Shown: positions 46,218-57,627 of the stretch, piece by piece
Position numbering within the stretch: the first letter of the stretch is position 1
Layout: each line of letters opens with the position of its first letter
Assembly (NCBI GenBank): GCA_963761335.1
Contig: CAVXGR010000011.1
Span: 160,001-224,000 of the forward strand
Direction: 5' to 3'
Length of the DNA stretch: 64,000 nt
From: an uncultured delta proteobacterium
GTDB taxonomy: Bacteria > Desulfobacterota > Binatia > HRBIN30 > BPIQ01
Program-made: the position numbers and the translations under genes
Notes under the pieces: generated by a model
Told to the model about the DNA's origin: nothing
What the model saw: only the letters and a program-made list of their open reading frames with translations
The model's database searches: none

Positions 46218-48728
46218 TCAAGGCGGGGAAATCTCCCTCTCCGAGGCCGCGGCACCGGCGGCGAGCGATGGCGCCGTCAGGGGCAGTCGCACCGTGAAGC
46301 AGCTGCCGCGCCCGACCTCGCTGCGGGCGGTGATCGTGCCGCCGTGGAGCTCGACGATCTTCTTGGCCACCGCCAGACCGAGGCCGGTGCCGCTCGCCTT
46401 GGTGGTGAAGAACAGCTTGAACAGTGGGTCGACCTGGCTTCCGGGAATCCCGGGGCCGGTGTCCGCCACCGCGATCGATACCTCGCGACCGCCCTCCACC
46501 AGACGCGCCGAGACGGTGACCTCGCCGCCCTCGGGCATCGCCTCGACGGCATTGGAAAGAAGCGCCAGCAGCACCTGCTCGATCTGCGCGTAGTCGAGCT
46601 CTGCCGGCGGCAGGTCCGGCTCCACCGCGGTGGACAGCGCCACCTTCTGTGAGAGGATCTGGCTGCGCATCGAGGTGAGCGCGTCGGCGATGATGTCCTC
46701 GACGCGACAGGGGGCGCGATGCGGTTGGAAGGGCCGGGCGAAGTCCAGCAGCGCCTTGATGCGTCCCTCGAGCTTGTCGACCTCGCCGATGATGTCGACG
46801 ATGTTCTCGTGCAACGGGTGATCGCGCGCCAGGTCGAGATCGGCGAACTGTGCCGCGGCCTTGATGCCCGCCAGCGGGTTGCGGATGCCGTGCGCCACCG
46901 AGGCGGAGAGCTCGCCGATGGCGGCGAAGCGCTCGGCCTCGATGAGACGCGACTGCGCCGCCCGCAGCTCCTCGTTGGCGCGCACTAGGGCCCGGTACGA
47001 GTGGGCGTTCTCCACCGCCACCGCCCCCTGGTTCGCCAGCGTGCGCAGCAGCTCGAGATCCTCGCCGGAGTAGAAGCGCCCCGATTCCTTCTGCCCGAGG
47101 GCCAGGAAGCCCACCAAGCGCCGCTCGAATGACATCGGCACCAGCAGGCGCGAGCCCAGGCGCGCCAACTCCTCCGACTGCAGGCCGCGGCGGGCGATGA
47201 AGTCCTCGGTGAGGATTCTCTGCGGGCGCTCCTCCAGCCGCCGCAGCAGGGCGCTGTCGCCGGCTATGTCGCGCGGCAGGGACGGCGGCTGGGCGCCGGC
47301 GACCGCTTGCAGTTGATATCCCTGGCCGTCGCGGCCTCGCAACCAGACGGCGCCGAACTCGACGTGAATGGTGTCGGTGATGATGTTGAGGATGCGGCCA
47401 ACCACCGTCTCCAGGTTGAGAAGCGTCGCCAGCGCCTGGCTCGCCTCGGCGACGGTGCGGCGGTAGTCATAGCGGTCGCGCGCGAACAGGAAGTCGATGG
47501 CCGCCTGCACGCGGCCGCGCAGCGGATTGAACACGGCGACGATCAGCAACAGGAACAGCAGCTGCGCCACACGACCGCTGCGCCCGGCGAACATCAGCTC
47601 GAGTGTGCCGACGGCGCCGACGTACACCACCGCGATCACCCCGGTGAGAATCGCCCAGGAGAGCGCCCGGCGAATGATCGCGTCCACCTCGAAGAGGTTG
47701 TGCTTCACGATCGCGTAGCTGATGGCGACGGGAAAGATCGCCAGCGGCATGACCAGGACGTTCGAGGGGATGCTGACGCCCATGAGGTAGAACAAGAGGT
47801 AGCCGACCACCGGCGATAGAAAGGCGACCAGAGCGCCGAGGGCGGCGATCTTGATCCGCTGCCGAGCCGCCGCCGAAGGCGGGAAGAAGAAGCTCTGCGC
47901 CAGGAGGGCGATCAGGACCAGACCGCCGGCCGTCACCGCCGCGGCGTGTAGATGATTGAAGAAGATGACGCTGTCGTACCATCGGCGGAACGCCAGGTTC
48001 TTGCAGACGCCGACGACCAGCGCCGCTCCGTACAGCGCCGGCATCAACCACCGAAAGCGCTGGAGCACGCGGCGCTCGACCGGAAACGTCAGCGCCACGT
48101 GCAGCAGCGAGATGGGCACCACCGCCTCGGCCATCAGCCACAGCGGCCGGAACCAGGCGAAGCCGAGGATGTCCGCCTCGGTCACCAGATAGATCCCCCA
48201 GCTCACCCCGGCGACCAGCATGGCGCGGGCCGCCGGGGCATCCGGGCGGATGAGGTAGACCGCGAACCCGAGGAGCGTCAGCAGGGCTCCGATCAGGATG
48301 TAGCTGCCCAGTGTCCACAGATACTCCGGCGGCGTGAAGCGCATGGTCGGCACCGTGCGGTTCACCGTCGAGCCGTCCGGCAGCGCGAACGTGTAGCGGA
48401 TGTTGGTGCCCACCGGGACTTTGCGCGCATGCCGGTACACCTGGTAGGCGGCGTGCACGGGCTCCCCGTCGACGGCGATCAGCCGCGACTGGAATGGAAC
48501 ATCGGAGACGTAGCTCGGCCAGTCCGTATCCCCGACGGCGGGGACGAATAGGTTCTCCCACAGCAGAAAGCCCGGAAAAGGCCGATTGATCCAGCGAATC
48601 GAGTTGAAGGCGCAGAGCAGAACCACCACCGCCGCCAAGCCTGCGGCAATGCGGAAGGTCCAGCCGACGACGGGCCAGCCCGACTTGCGATTCGACATAT
48701 ACTGGATGGGAGAGGGGGTCGAGGACAT
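46218..48728 (-). CDS. Membrane sensor histidine kinase (PDZ-like loop, multi-TM, GAF, HisKA, HATPase)
   Basis: [10 protein letters not shown], about 9-10 TM, GAF ([16 protein letters not shown]), [20 protein letters not shown]. Confidence 0.88.
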   Translation of the reverse strand: MSSTPSPIQYMSNRKSGWPVVGWTFRIAAGLAAVVVLLCAFNSIRWINRPFPGFLLWENLFVPAVGDTDWPSYVSDVPFQSRLIAVDGEPVHAAYQVYRHARKVPVGTNIRYTFALPDGSTVNRTVPTMRFTPPEYLWTLGSYILIGALLTLLGFAVYLIRPDAPAARAMLVAGVSWGIYLVTEADILGFAWFRPLWLMAEAVVPISLLHVALTFPVERRVLQRFRWLMPALYGAALVVGVCKNLAFRRWYDSVIFFNHLHAAAVTAGGLVLIALLAQSFFFPPSAAARQRIKIAALGALVAFLSPVVGYLLFYLMGVSIPSNVLVMPLAIFPVAISYAIVKHNLFEVDAIIRRALSWAILTGVIAVVYVGAVGTLELMFAGRSGRVAQLLFLLLIVAVFNPLRGRVQAAIDFLFARDRYDYRRTVAEASQALATLLNLETVVGRILNIITDTIHVEFGAVWLRGRDGQGYQLQAVAGAQPPSLPRDIAGDSALLRRLEERPQRILTEDFIARRGLQSEELARLGSRLLVPMSFERRLVGFLALGQKESGRFYSGEDLELLRTLANQGAVAVENAHSYRALVRANEELRAAQSRLIEAERFAAIGELSASVAHGIRNPLAGIKAAAQFADLDLARDHPLHENIVDIIGEVDKLEGRIKALLDFARPFQPHRAPCRVEDIIADALTSMRSQILSQKVALSTAVEPDLPPAELDYAQIEQVLLALLSNAVEAMPEGGEVTVSARLVEGGREVSIAVADTGPGIPGSQVDPLFKLFFTTKASGTGLGLAVAKKIVELHGGTITARSEVGRGSCFTVRLPLTAPSLAAGAAASEREISPP

Positions 48729-48926
48729 TTGCCGCGGAGCAAAGTCTGAGCCTCCTCAGACGAAGCGGATTCTATTGCCGCCACCGCCGTATTTCAAATC
48801 GGTATCAACCTCAGCCTCCGGGCCTCTGTGGGGTTTGCCTCATGGTCGAGGAGGGTCAGTGGGGGATTTGCCCCAGACCCATTGCCCGGGCTGCTCTGGA
48901 AGTACTTGCGTTCGAGAGCCCCGATG

Positions 48927-48943
48927 TTGGTATCGCGCTTGCT
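48927..48943 (+). promoter_or_regulatory. Sigma54 (-24/-12) promoter
   Basis: TTGGTATCGCGCTTGCT, with GG-N10-GC spacing, 12 bp before the ATG. Confidence 0.65.
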
Positions 48944-48955
48944 GTGAACCGGCTC

Positions 48956-49354
48956 ATGGGCAAGAAAGTTCTGATCGTCGAAGACGAGGTGGTGCTTCGC
49001 AAGCACCTCGCTCGCCTTCTCGTGCGTCAAGGCTACGAGGTGGCGACCGCCGCCAGCCGGGCCGAGGCGCTCGACGAGCTCGGGCGCGGCAGCTTCGAAG
49101 CGCTCCTGCTCGACGTCAGACTCCCGGACGGAGACGGCCTCGACCTGCTCGCCGGGCTCGGTGAGGAACAGCGACCCCCCCACACCGTCGTGATGACGGC
49201 GCACAGCACCCCCGAGCACGAAGAGCTGGCAGGACGCCTACACGTCAGCCGTTTCCTCCACAAGCCCTTCGACCTCTACCAGTTCCATCAGTTCATCGGC
49301 GCGGTCCGTCAACAACTCCCCCCCGAGTTGGACCGCGACCCCCCAAAGCCTTGA
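48956..49354 (+). CDS. Single-domain response regulator
   Basis: VLIVEDE, LLDVRLPDGDG, MTA and KPF motifs. Confidence 0.88.
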   Translation: MGKKVLIVEDEVVLRKHLARLLVRQGYEVATAASRAEALDELGRGSFEALLLDVRLPDGDGLDLLAGLGEEQRPPHTVVMTAHSTPEHEELAGRLHVSRFLHKPFDLYQFHQFIGAVRQQLPPELDRDPPKP

Positions 49355-49389
49355 GGGCGGCGCACACCCGCCCTCAAGGTCCTCCCCCC

Positions 49390-49545
49390 TTCTTCATTCT
49401 CATCCCCCTCATTCCCGGTTCTCATCCCGTCGTTGTCCATCGTTCTGCGAGCCGCGTGAGAGCCCTCCGCTGCGCAGGTCACTCGCAGCTGTCAGGGCGA
49501 ATGGAAAACGACGGCATGAGAACCGGGGATGAGAACGGATAATCA
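49390..49545. repeat. REP/MITE-like inverted repeat between convergent regulators
   Basis: 33-bp arms at 49408-49440 and 49501-49533 (3 mismatches), built from CTCAT/ATGAG units. Confidence 0.75.
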
Positions 49546-49569
49546 AGAAGAGGAGCCTTGCCTTCTCGT

Positions 49570-50958
49570 CTACTCTCCCAGGCCGAACTTCTCCATGCGA
49601 TAGCGAAGGGTGTCGCGGGAGATGCCGAGAAGCCGTGCCGCGGCGCTCTGGTTTCCACCCGCCTTCTCCAGCGCCCGCACGAGAAAGGCGCGCTCCACGG
49701 ATTCGAGAGAGATCCCCTCGTCGGGTAGATCGATCTGCACCTGTCCGGCGGGACCGACAGAGACCCGGCCTTCGGCGGTGGAGGCCGTCGGCAGCCCCAG
49801 GTGCACGGCTTCGACCGGGTCGGCGTCGGAGAAGAGAACGACGCGCTCCATGACATTGGCGAGCTCGCGCACGTTGCCCGGCCACGGGTAGCGCGCGATC
49901 GCCTGCTGCGCCGCGGGCGAGAGGGCGCGACGGCCGACGCCGTAGCGGCGGCAGGTCTCGTCGAGGAGAGCCCGGGCGAGGAGCACGGCGTCGTCGTCGC
50001 GCTCGCGAACCGGGGGAATGCGGATCACCGCCACCGACAGGCGCTGGTAGAGATCCTCGCGGAATTCGCCGAGCCGCACCGCCGCCTCGATGTCGCGGTT
50101 GGTGGCGGCGATCACCTGCACGTCGACGCGGCGAGCGGCGGTGGCGCCGATGCGGCGCACCACCTTCTCCTCGATCACCTTGAGGAACTTGGATTGGAAC
50201 GCCGGGGAGATGTGTCCGATCTCGTCGAGAAAGATGGCGCCCCCCTCGGCGGTTTCGAAGAGGCCGGCGCGCGCCGTACGGGCGTCGGTAAAGGCCCCCT
50301 TTTCGTAGCCGAAGAGCTCCGACTCGACCAGGTTCTCCGGCAGGGCCGTGCAGTTCACCTCGATGAACGGCCCGGTGCGCCGGCCGCCGGCGGCGTGCAG
50401 CGCCCGCGCCACGTGCCCCTTGCCGCTGCCGGTCTCGCCGAGCAAGAGCACCGTCGGCGCCGGCGCCCCGGGGCCCGTCGTCATGCGCGCCACGCGCATC
50501 ACCAGGCTCTGCAGATGGCGCGCCGCCGCCGACTCGCCGAGGATGGCGCCGGCGGCAGCCTCCCGCTCGCGGTAGTACGAGATCTCGCGCTGCTGCTGGG
50601 CGCCGCGCAGTGCCTGCTCCACCTTGAGGCGGATCTCCTCGAGGTCGAGCGGCTTCTGCACGTAGTCGCGCGCCCCGCGCTGCATGGCGCGCACGGCGTC
50701 GGCCACCGATCCATAGGCGGTCATCATGATCACCGGCAGGTCGGGATCGGAGCCGACGAAGACGTCGAGAAGATCGAGCCCGCTGCCGTCGGGCAGGCGC
50801 AGATCGAGGAGAACGATGTCGATCGGCGCCGCCGAGAACAGCCGCCGCGCCTCGGCGATGGAGGTGGCGTGCTGCACCTCGAAGCCCTGGCGGACGAATG
50901 CCTTGGAGAGGTTGCGGGCGAGGACGGCCTCGTCCTCGATGATCAGCAGGCTGGGCAT
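49570..50958 (-). CDS. Sigma54-dependent response regulator (NtrC/AtoC family)
   Basis: REC domain, [27 protein letters not shown], Fis-type HTH. Confidence 0.93.
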   Translation of the reverse strand: MPSLLIIEDEAVLARNLSKAFVRQGFEVQHATSIAEARRLFSAAPIDIVLLDLRLPDGSGLDLLDVFVGSDPDLPVIMMTAYGSVADAVRAMQRGARDYVQKPLDLEEIRLKVEQALRGAQQQREISYYREREAAAGAILGESAAARHLQSLVMRVARMTTGPGAPAPTVLLLGETGSGKGHVARALHAAGGRRTGPFIEVNCTALPENLVESELFGYEKGAFTDARTARAGLFETAEGGAIFLDEIGHISPAFQSKFLKVIEEKVVRRIGATAARRVDVQVIAATNRDIEAAVRLGEFREDLYQRLSVAVIRIPPVRERDDDAVLLARALLDETCRRYGVGRRALSPAAQQAIARYPWPGNVRELANVMERVVLFSDADPVEAVHLGLPTASTAEGRVSVGPAGQVQIDLPDEGISLESVERAFLVRALEKAGGNQSAAARLLGISRDTLRYRMEKFGLGE

Positions 50959-51113
50959 CGGATCTTCTTCGTCTAGCGGAGCTTGGTGTTTCGAGGCAAT
51001 CGCGGGACGGCTGGGCCCTGAGCCCCCGCTTGCCGCCGCCCGGCCAGCTGGTCGCGCTGCGGGCGGCGATCCGCTATCCTACGCCGAACCAACACGTTAA
51101 ACGAGGTTTTTGA

Positions 51114-52531
<1,418 letters not shown>

Positions 52532-52535
<4 letters not shown>

Positions 52536-53152
52536 GCGAGCTGATCCGCATCACCCGAGTCGCCGGCCGGCCGATTCCGCTGCGCGGCAACGACATCGAC
52601 ACCGACCGCATCATCCCGGCGCGATTCATGAAGGCGGTGACCTTCGACGGGCTCGGGCAGTACGCCTTCTTCGACGCCCGCCTCGACGAGAGCGGCGGCT
52701 CGCGCGGGCACGTGATGGACGACCCGCGCTTTCTCGCCAAGGGATCGCGCATCGCCGTCGTCAACAAGAACTTCGGATGCGGCTCGTCGCGCGAGCACGC
52801 CCCCCAAGCGCTGCTGCGCTGGGGCGTCAAGGCGCTGGTCGGGGAATCCTTCGCCGACATCTTCTTCGGCAACTGCCTGGCGCTGGGCATGCCCTGCGTA
52901 ACCGCGAGCGCAGCGGACATCGCCTCCCTCATGGCGGCCGTCGAGGAGAACCCGGCGCACGACCTCGTCGTCGATCTGGAGCAGAGCACCGCCACCTACC
53001 GCGGCCGCGCCTACCCCACCGCCATGCCCCCCGGCGCCAGCCGCCAGCTCATCGACGGCACCTGGAACGCCACCCGCATCCTGCTCGACGCCGAGCCGCA
53101 GATCCGCGAAACCGCGAAGCGCCTGCCCTACGTCAGCGGCTTCCGCCGGTGA
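52532..53152 (+). CDS. leuD: 3-isopropylmalate dehydratase small subunit
   Basis: [11 protein letters not shown] and [12 protein letters not shown] motifs. Confidence 0.97.
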
Positions 53153-53156
53153 GACG

Positions 53157-53222
53157 AGGTGTTGGGTGTTGGGGCGGCGTGCTTGCCCTCAACACCCAAC
53201 AGCGCAACACCTCAACACCTCG
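53157..53222. repeat. Short palindromic element of the GTGTTGG/CAACAC family
   Basis: AGGTGTTGGGTGTTGG...CTCAACACCCAACAGCGCAACACCTCAACACCT; same units as 4331-4512; lies between convergent genes. Confidence 0.7.
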
Positions 53223-53224
53223 CC

Positions 53225-54595
53225 TCACAATCCCAGAGCCCGCCGCATCAGGTCATAGATCTGCGTGTCGTCGATGAAGCCGTGGAGGCGCGCCGCGCCG
53301 GGGCCGCGGGCGGCGACGAAGACGTCCTCGCCGGCATGGGTCGAGGATTCGAGCGGCACCAGCGCCGGGCGGTCGGCCGTCGGCGGGCGGGGGTGCAGGG
53401 CCCCCGGGCCGTTGGCGAACGACAGCACCGGATAGGGCTTGTCATTGAGGTCGAGGCCGCCGGCGCCGAGCAGGTTGCGGCGGGTCTCCGCGGCGTTCTC
53501 GCCGCCGCTCTCGCCGTCGCGGCCGATCGCCGGATAGCCGCTGATGGTCAGCGGGTGCGAGTGATCGGCGGTGACGATCACCAGCGTCTCGGCGGGGTTG
53601 GTGAGCTCGAGGGCCCGGGCGACGGCGTCGTCAAAGGCGGCGGTCTCCGAGAGCGCCAGCTCGACGTTGTTCATGTGCAGGCCGTGATCGATGCGCCCGC
53701 CCTCGACCATGAGGAAGTAGCCGAGCGGATTGCGCGCCAGCACCCGGATGGCCTTCTCGGTCATCTCCGCCAGGCTCGGCTCGCCGCCCGCGTCGCCGGC
53801 GCGCTCGCTCTCGAAGTGCATGTGCGAGGGCTCGAAGAGGCCGAGGAGCCGCTCCGTGGCGGCCGCATCGACAGCCGCGAACTGGCTCTCGTTCCACACC
53901 ACGACGTAGCCGCGCTGCCGCATTGCCGCGAGCAGATCGCGGCCGTCGGCGCGGCCGCCGTGCTGCGCCGGATACTCCGGGTCGGCGGCGCTCGCCGGCA
54001 GGAACATGGCGCGGCCACCGCCGAGGATCACCTCGGGCGGTGGGTTTCCGAAGCGCGGCTCCAGCAGCTGGGCGGCGATGTCCTGCTCCAGGTCGCGGTG
54101 GTGCACGTGCGCGTAGCACGCCGCCGGGGTGGCGTGGGTGACGCGCGTCGTGGTCACCACACCGGTCGCCCAGCCGCGCTCCGCCGCCCGCTCGGCGAGC
54201 GTCTCGACGGGCGTCCCTTCGCGCCCGCTCGCCGGATCCGCAGCACTCCCCGGAAATGCGTCCGGCCCCTCGCCGAGCACGCCGTTGCGGGTCTTCACTC
54301 CGCTCATCATGGCGGTGGCCGCAGCCGCCGAGTCGGTGACGATGTTGTCGAAGCTGTGGGTCGCGGCCAAGGCCGTGTACGGCAGCGAGTCGATGCGCAG
54401 TCGCCCGGTGGCGCCGACCTTCCACAGGCGCGCCGCCGTATAGGTGTTGACGCCCAAGCCGTCGCCGATGAAGAGCACGACGTTGCGGGGATGATCCCTC
54501 GATCTCGGAGCCGTCCCGGCGACGACGGCGCAGCTGCTGAGCAGCGCCGCGGCGGCGCCGGCGGCGATCAGGCGAGCAGCGACCAGAAGAACCAC
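53225..54595 (-). CDS. Alkaline phosphatase (PhoA-type), probable lipoprotein
   Basis: FIGDGLG, TDSAAAAT, THATPA, EGGRIDH and TADHSH motifs; LSSC lipobox. Start uncertain. Confidence 0.9.
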   Translation of the reverse strand: MVLLVAARLIAAGAAAALLSSCAVVAGTAPRSRDHPRNVVLFIGDGLGVNTYTAARLWKVGATGRLRIDSLPYTALAATHSFDNIVTDSAAAATAMMSGVKTRNGVLGEGPDAFPGSAADPASGREGTPVETLAERAAERGWATGVVTTTRVTHATPAACYAHVHHRDLEQDIAAQLLEPRFGNPPPEVILGGGRAMFLPASAADPEYPAQHGGRADGRDLLAAMRQRGYVVVWNESQFAAVDAAATERLLGLFEPSHMHFESERAGDAGGEPSLAEMTEKAIRVLARNPLGYFLMVEGGRIDHGLHMNNVELALSETAAFDDAVARALELTNPAETLVIVTADHSHPLTISGYPAIGRDGESGGENAAETRRNLLGAGGLDLNDKPYPVLSFANGPGALHPRPPTADRPALVPLESSTHAGEDVFVAARGPGAARLHGFIDDTQIYDLMRRALGL

Positions 54596-54828
54596 ATGGC
54601 GTAGGCGAAGGCGCCGACGAGCAGCAGCGGACCGGTGGCCTGAGCAAACGCCGGCCGGCCCGGACGCCGGGCGCGCACCACCAGCCGCGGCGGCTCCGGA
54701 TTCACTGCGACGACCTGCCAACGCCCCAGCTCCGCGGCTCGAAGCTGCTCTTCCAATCGCTGCTGCGCCTGCTTGCGATCCGCGCCGGCGGCGTCGAACA
54801 GACGGATCGTGGCCTGATATCGCGGCAC
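54568..54828 (-). CDS. Small hypothetical protein with C-terminal TM helix
   Basis: 86 aa, GGGAG RBS, C-terminal PLLLVGAFAYAMWFFWSLLA. Confidence 0.55.
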   Translation of the reverse strand: MPRYQATIRLFDAAGADRKQAQQRLEEQLRAAELGRWQVVAVNPEPPRLVVRARRPGRPAFAQATGPLLLVGAFAYAMWFFWSLLA

Positions 54829-55042
54829 CGCTCAGCTCCCCAGCGCGTCGCCGAGCCACCTCCGTGGCCGCTCGAGAACCTTCGTCGAACCAGACAGACA
54901 CTTCACCTCTGCCATCAACCTCCCCCCGAAGGAATCCGCGCTTTTCGTAGTATGCCCGCGCCGGCCTTGCAAGCGCGCGCGCCGGCCGGCTTGAGCAAAC
55001 GGCGGCTTCACTGCATGATGCGGCGGAGCGGAAGAGAGGACA

Positions 55043-55948
55043 ATGCGCATCCTGGAACGGATCCTGATCGCCACCGATTTCTCCCCGAACGCCGAGCGCG
55101 CCTGCCGCGTCGGAGCCGATCTGGCACGCCGCTACGAGGCGCGGGTCCGCGTGCTGTCGGTGATCGAGCTGCCGCACGTCTACCAGAGAATCGTCAACCC
55201 GGTGCAGACGAGCCTGGTATCGATCGACGACCTCGAGCAAAGGGCCGCCGCCCACATGCAGGAGCTCGCCGGCGGGCCGATCTTCTCAGGCCTCGGCGTC
55301 GACACCGAGGTGCGCACCGGCAGCCCGTTCCTCGAGATCATCTCGGCGGCGGAGGGCGGCAGCTGTGAGCTGATCGTGGTCGGCACCAAGTCGACGCACG
55401 GTGCGGCGCGCCTTCTCCTCGGCAGCACCGCGGAGAAGGTCGTGCGCAAAGCGCCGCTGCCGGTGTTGGTGGCGAAAACGGAGCTCCCCGCCGAGCCGAG
55501 CGTCATCATCGTACCGATCGACTTCTCTCCCAACACCAAGCGGGCAGCCGAGGAGGCGGTGGCACTGGCGCGCCGCTGGAAGGCGCGGGTAGAGTTCGTC
55601 CACGTCATCGAGCCGATCACCCAGACTTATGTCTGGCCGGCCGAGCCAGCCGCCATTCCGATGTTTCCCGTGGAGCCCGCCGACCTCGACGGCGAGTGGG
55701 ATCACTTCCTGTCGGATCTCGATCTCGACGGGATCGGCACCTCGAAGCTCACGCTGAAGGGGCGCGCTCCGGAAACGATCGTCGAAACCGCGGCCGCCAA
55801 GCGCGCCGATCTGATCATCATCGGCACCCACGGCTACGGCGGGCTGATGCACATCCTCCTCGGCAGTGTCGCGGAGCACGTCGTGCGCGAGGCGCCGTGC
55901 TGCGTTCTGACAATCCGCCCCGAGGCATTTCAGTTCGCACTTCCCTAG
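55043..55948 (+). CDS. Universal stress protein (tandem Usp domains)
   Basis: ILIATDFS...LLGSTAEKVVR and IVPIDFS...GTHG...LLGSVAEHVVR. Confidence 0.93.
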   Translation: MRILERILIATDFSPNAERACRVGADLARRYEARVRVLSVIELPHVYQRIVNPVQTSLVSIDDLEQRAAAHMQELAGGPIFSGLGVDTEVRTGSPFLEIISAAEGGSCELIVVGTKSTHGAARLLLGSTAEKVVRKAPLPVLVAKTELPAEPSVIIVPIDFSPNTKRAAEEAVALARRWKARVEFVHVIEPITQTYVWPAEPAAIPMFPVEPADLDGEWDHFLSDLDLDGIGTSKLTLKGRAPETIVETAAAKRADLIIIGTHGYGGLMHILLGSVAEHVVREAPCCVLTIRPEAFQFALP

Positions 55949-56030
55949 AAAAGCGAACGGCGGCCATCTCTGGCCGCCGCGCCACTCTATTGCAATCTTG
56001 CCAGCCGGAGGAGCCGGCAAGGTGGTCTGT

Positions 56031-56243
56031 CTACGCCTGGCCCTCTTCGGAAACGTTCAGATTAACGAGGGCAAAAAATAGCTCATCCAGCGACTGATAA
56101 CGAAACTGAGACGCCGCGCTGGGAGAAAAATCGTCCGCGTCCATGCTCCATCCTACTGATTCGTCGCCGTAAACAGGAAAGACCTCCAATCCAACCTTCA
56201 ACAACGTGGTGGTCACTGCGGGGCGCGCTTGGGCGTTCATCAT
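56031..56243 (-). CDS. Small acidic hypothetical protein (70 aa)
   Basis: AAGGGGG RBS and an upstream sigma54 promoter; MMNAQARPAV...YQSLDELFFALV. Confidence 0.5.
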   Translation of the reverse strand: MMNAQARPAVTTTLLKVGLEVFPVYGDESVGWSMDADDFSPSAASQFRYQSLDELFFALVNLNVSEEGQA

Positions 56244-56286
56244 CAGTAATCCCCCTTTCATTGAAGTTCCGTTGCTTGTCACACGG

Positions 56287-56371
56287 AGCAGAATGCATGC
56301 CAGAGGGGACCTTTAATCTTCCGAAACCGGCCAAGGGAGCCTCGCCGCGAGGCTGACGCTAGTGAGCGTCA
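56287..56371 (-). promoter_or_regulatory. Sigma54 promoter and upstream palindromic activator site
   Basis: TGGCATGCATTCTGCT (56287-56302, GG-N10-GC) and TGACGCT-N4-AGCGTCA (56354-56371). Confidence 0.6.
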
Positions 56372-56414
56372 CTATTCTAAGAAACGCGGTCGGAATGACA
56401 ACCGACGCGCCGCC

Positions 56415-57491
56415 TCAGTGGAGGTACTCTTGGAGGCCGCTCTGGCTGCAGATTTCGCGCATCTGCTGCATAGCTCGCGCTTCCAGCTGGCGGATGCGCT
56501 CGCGGCTGACGCCATAGCGCTGGCCGATCTCCTCGAGGGTGAGCGAGCGGTTGCTCACCAGCCCAAAGCGCAGCCGCAGGATCTCGCTCTCCCGCGGTGG
56601 CAGGGCCGCCAATGCCGCGTCGACGCGCACGCCGAGATCGCGGCTCTCGCTGATGACGGCGGGATCGGCGGCGGGATCGCCCGGAATGCGGCTCGCCAGA
56701 GGCCCCTCGCCGTCGGGGCCGATGGGACCTTCGAGGGGAACGCAGGGCACCCCCTGCTCCATGGCGCGGGCGTACTCCGCCGGCACGCCGCACTCCGCCG
56801 CCAGCCGCTGCAGATCGCTGTCGTTGGGTCGGATGTCGCCGGAGAGAGAGCGCTTGGTCTTGCGGCGAAACTGATTCCAGTGCACCGGCGTGCGAATGAC
56901 GTTTCCGAGGTTGTCGGCAGCGCGCGCCAGCTGCTGCCAAATCCACCACACCGCGTAGGTGCTGAACTTGATCCCGCGTTGCGGCTCATAGCGCTCCACG
57001 GCGCGGATCAACCCGAGCGTCCCCTCCTGGATCAGGTCGAGCTGCGAGAGGCTCGGGTGGCGATAGCGGCGCGCCAGGCTCACGACCAGTCGCAGGTTGG
57101 CGGCGATCATCGCGTCGCGCAGCCGGCGGTACTCTTCCAGCTGGCGCGCCAGCTGGGCGGCCAGGCGGCGCATCGCCGCGCGCCTGCCCGCGGCGGCCTG
57201 GCGCTCGATGTGGGCGAGAATGCGCACCGCCTCGCGCTCGCGAAAACCGACCGCGGGATCGACGACGCCCTTGCCGCCGCCGCCGAGGGCGGCGCGGACG
57301 AGATCGGGATGCTGCCGCAGAAGCTCGAGAATGGCGTTTCGACTCTGCGCCACCCGGGTCGCAAGGGCCTCTTCGTCTTCTCGGCTGAGTGTCTTTGCCG
57401 CGCCGACCTCGTGGTAGAACTTGCGCAGCAAGTCTTTCTCCGCGGGCAGATCCTCTGCCCGCGGAGACGTGTCTGCTTCCGTTTGCTCCAT
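56415..57491 (-). CDS. Sigma70-family (RpoD/RpoS/SigF-like) alternative sigma factor
   Basis: ANLRLVVSLARRY, DLIQEGTLGL, KFSTYAVWWI and TLEEIG...SRERIRQLE motifs; no region 1.1. Confidence 0.9.
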   Translation of the reverse strand: MEQTEADTSPRAEDLPAEKDLLRKFYHEVGAAKTLSREDEEALATRVAQSRNAILELLRQHPDLVRAALGGGGKGVVDPAVGFREREAVRILAHIERQAAAGRRAAMRRLAAQLARQLEEYRRLRDAMIAANLRLVVSLARRYRHPSLSQLDLIQEGTLGLIRAVERYEPQRGIKFSTYAVWWIWQQLARAADNLGNVIRTPVHWNQFRRKTKRSLSGDIRPNDSDLQRLAAECGVPAEYARAMEQGVPCVPLEGPIGPDGEGPLASRIPGDPAADPAVISESRDLGVRVDAALAALPPRESEILRLRFGLVSNRSLTLEEIGQRYGVSRERIRQLEARAMQQMREICSQSGLQEYLH

Positions 57492-57627
57492 TCCACCCCT
57501 CCGCTCGAGGAAATCGTTGAAGCAAAGGACGCCGCCAATTGCCGCAAATTCAACGCGGCGTGCGCAGGGGTGCCAGAAAGTTCGGAAAGGCGTCGATCCG
57601 CCGCCCGGCGGCGGGGTGAGGCGAAGC

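Noticed and set aside
50960..51113. Leucine attenuator before leuC
   Set aside because: No Leu-rich leader ORF or terminator with a U tract was found.
54829..54834. Selenocysteine read-through at the in-frame TGA
   Set aside because: No redox motif context or clear SECIS, and the downstream GTG has its own RBS.
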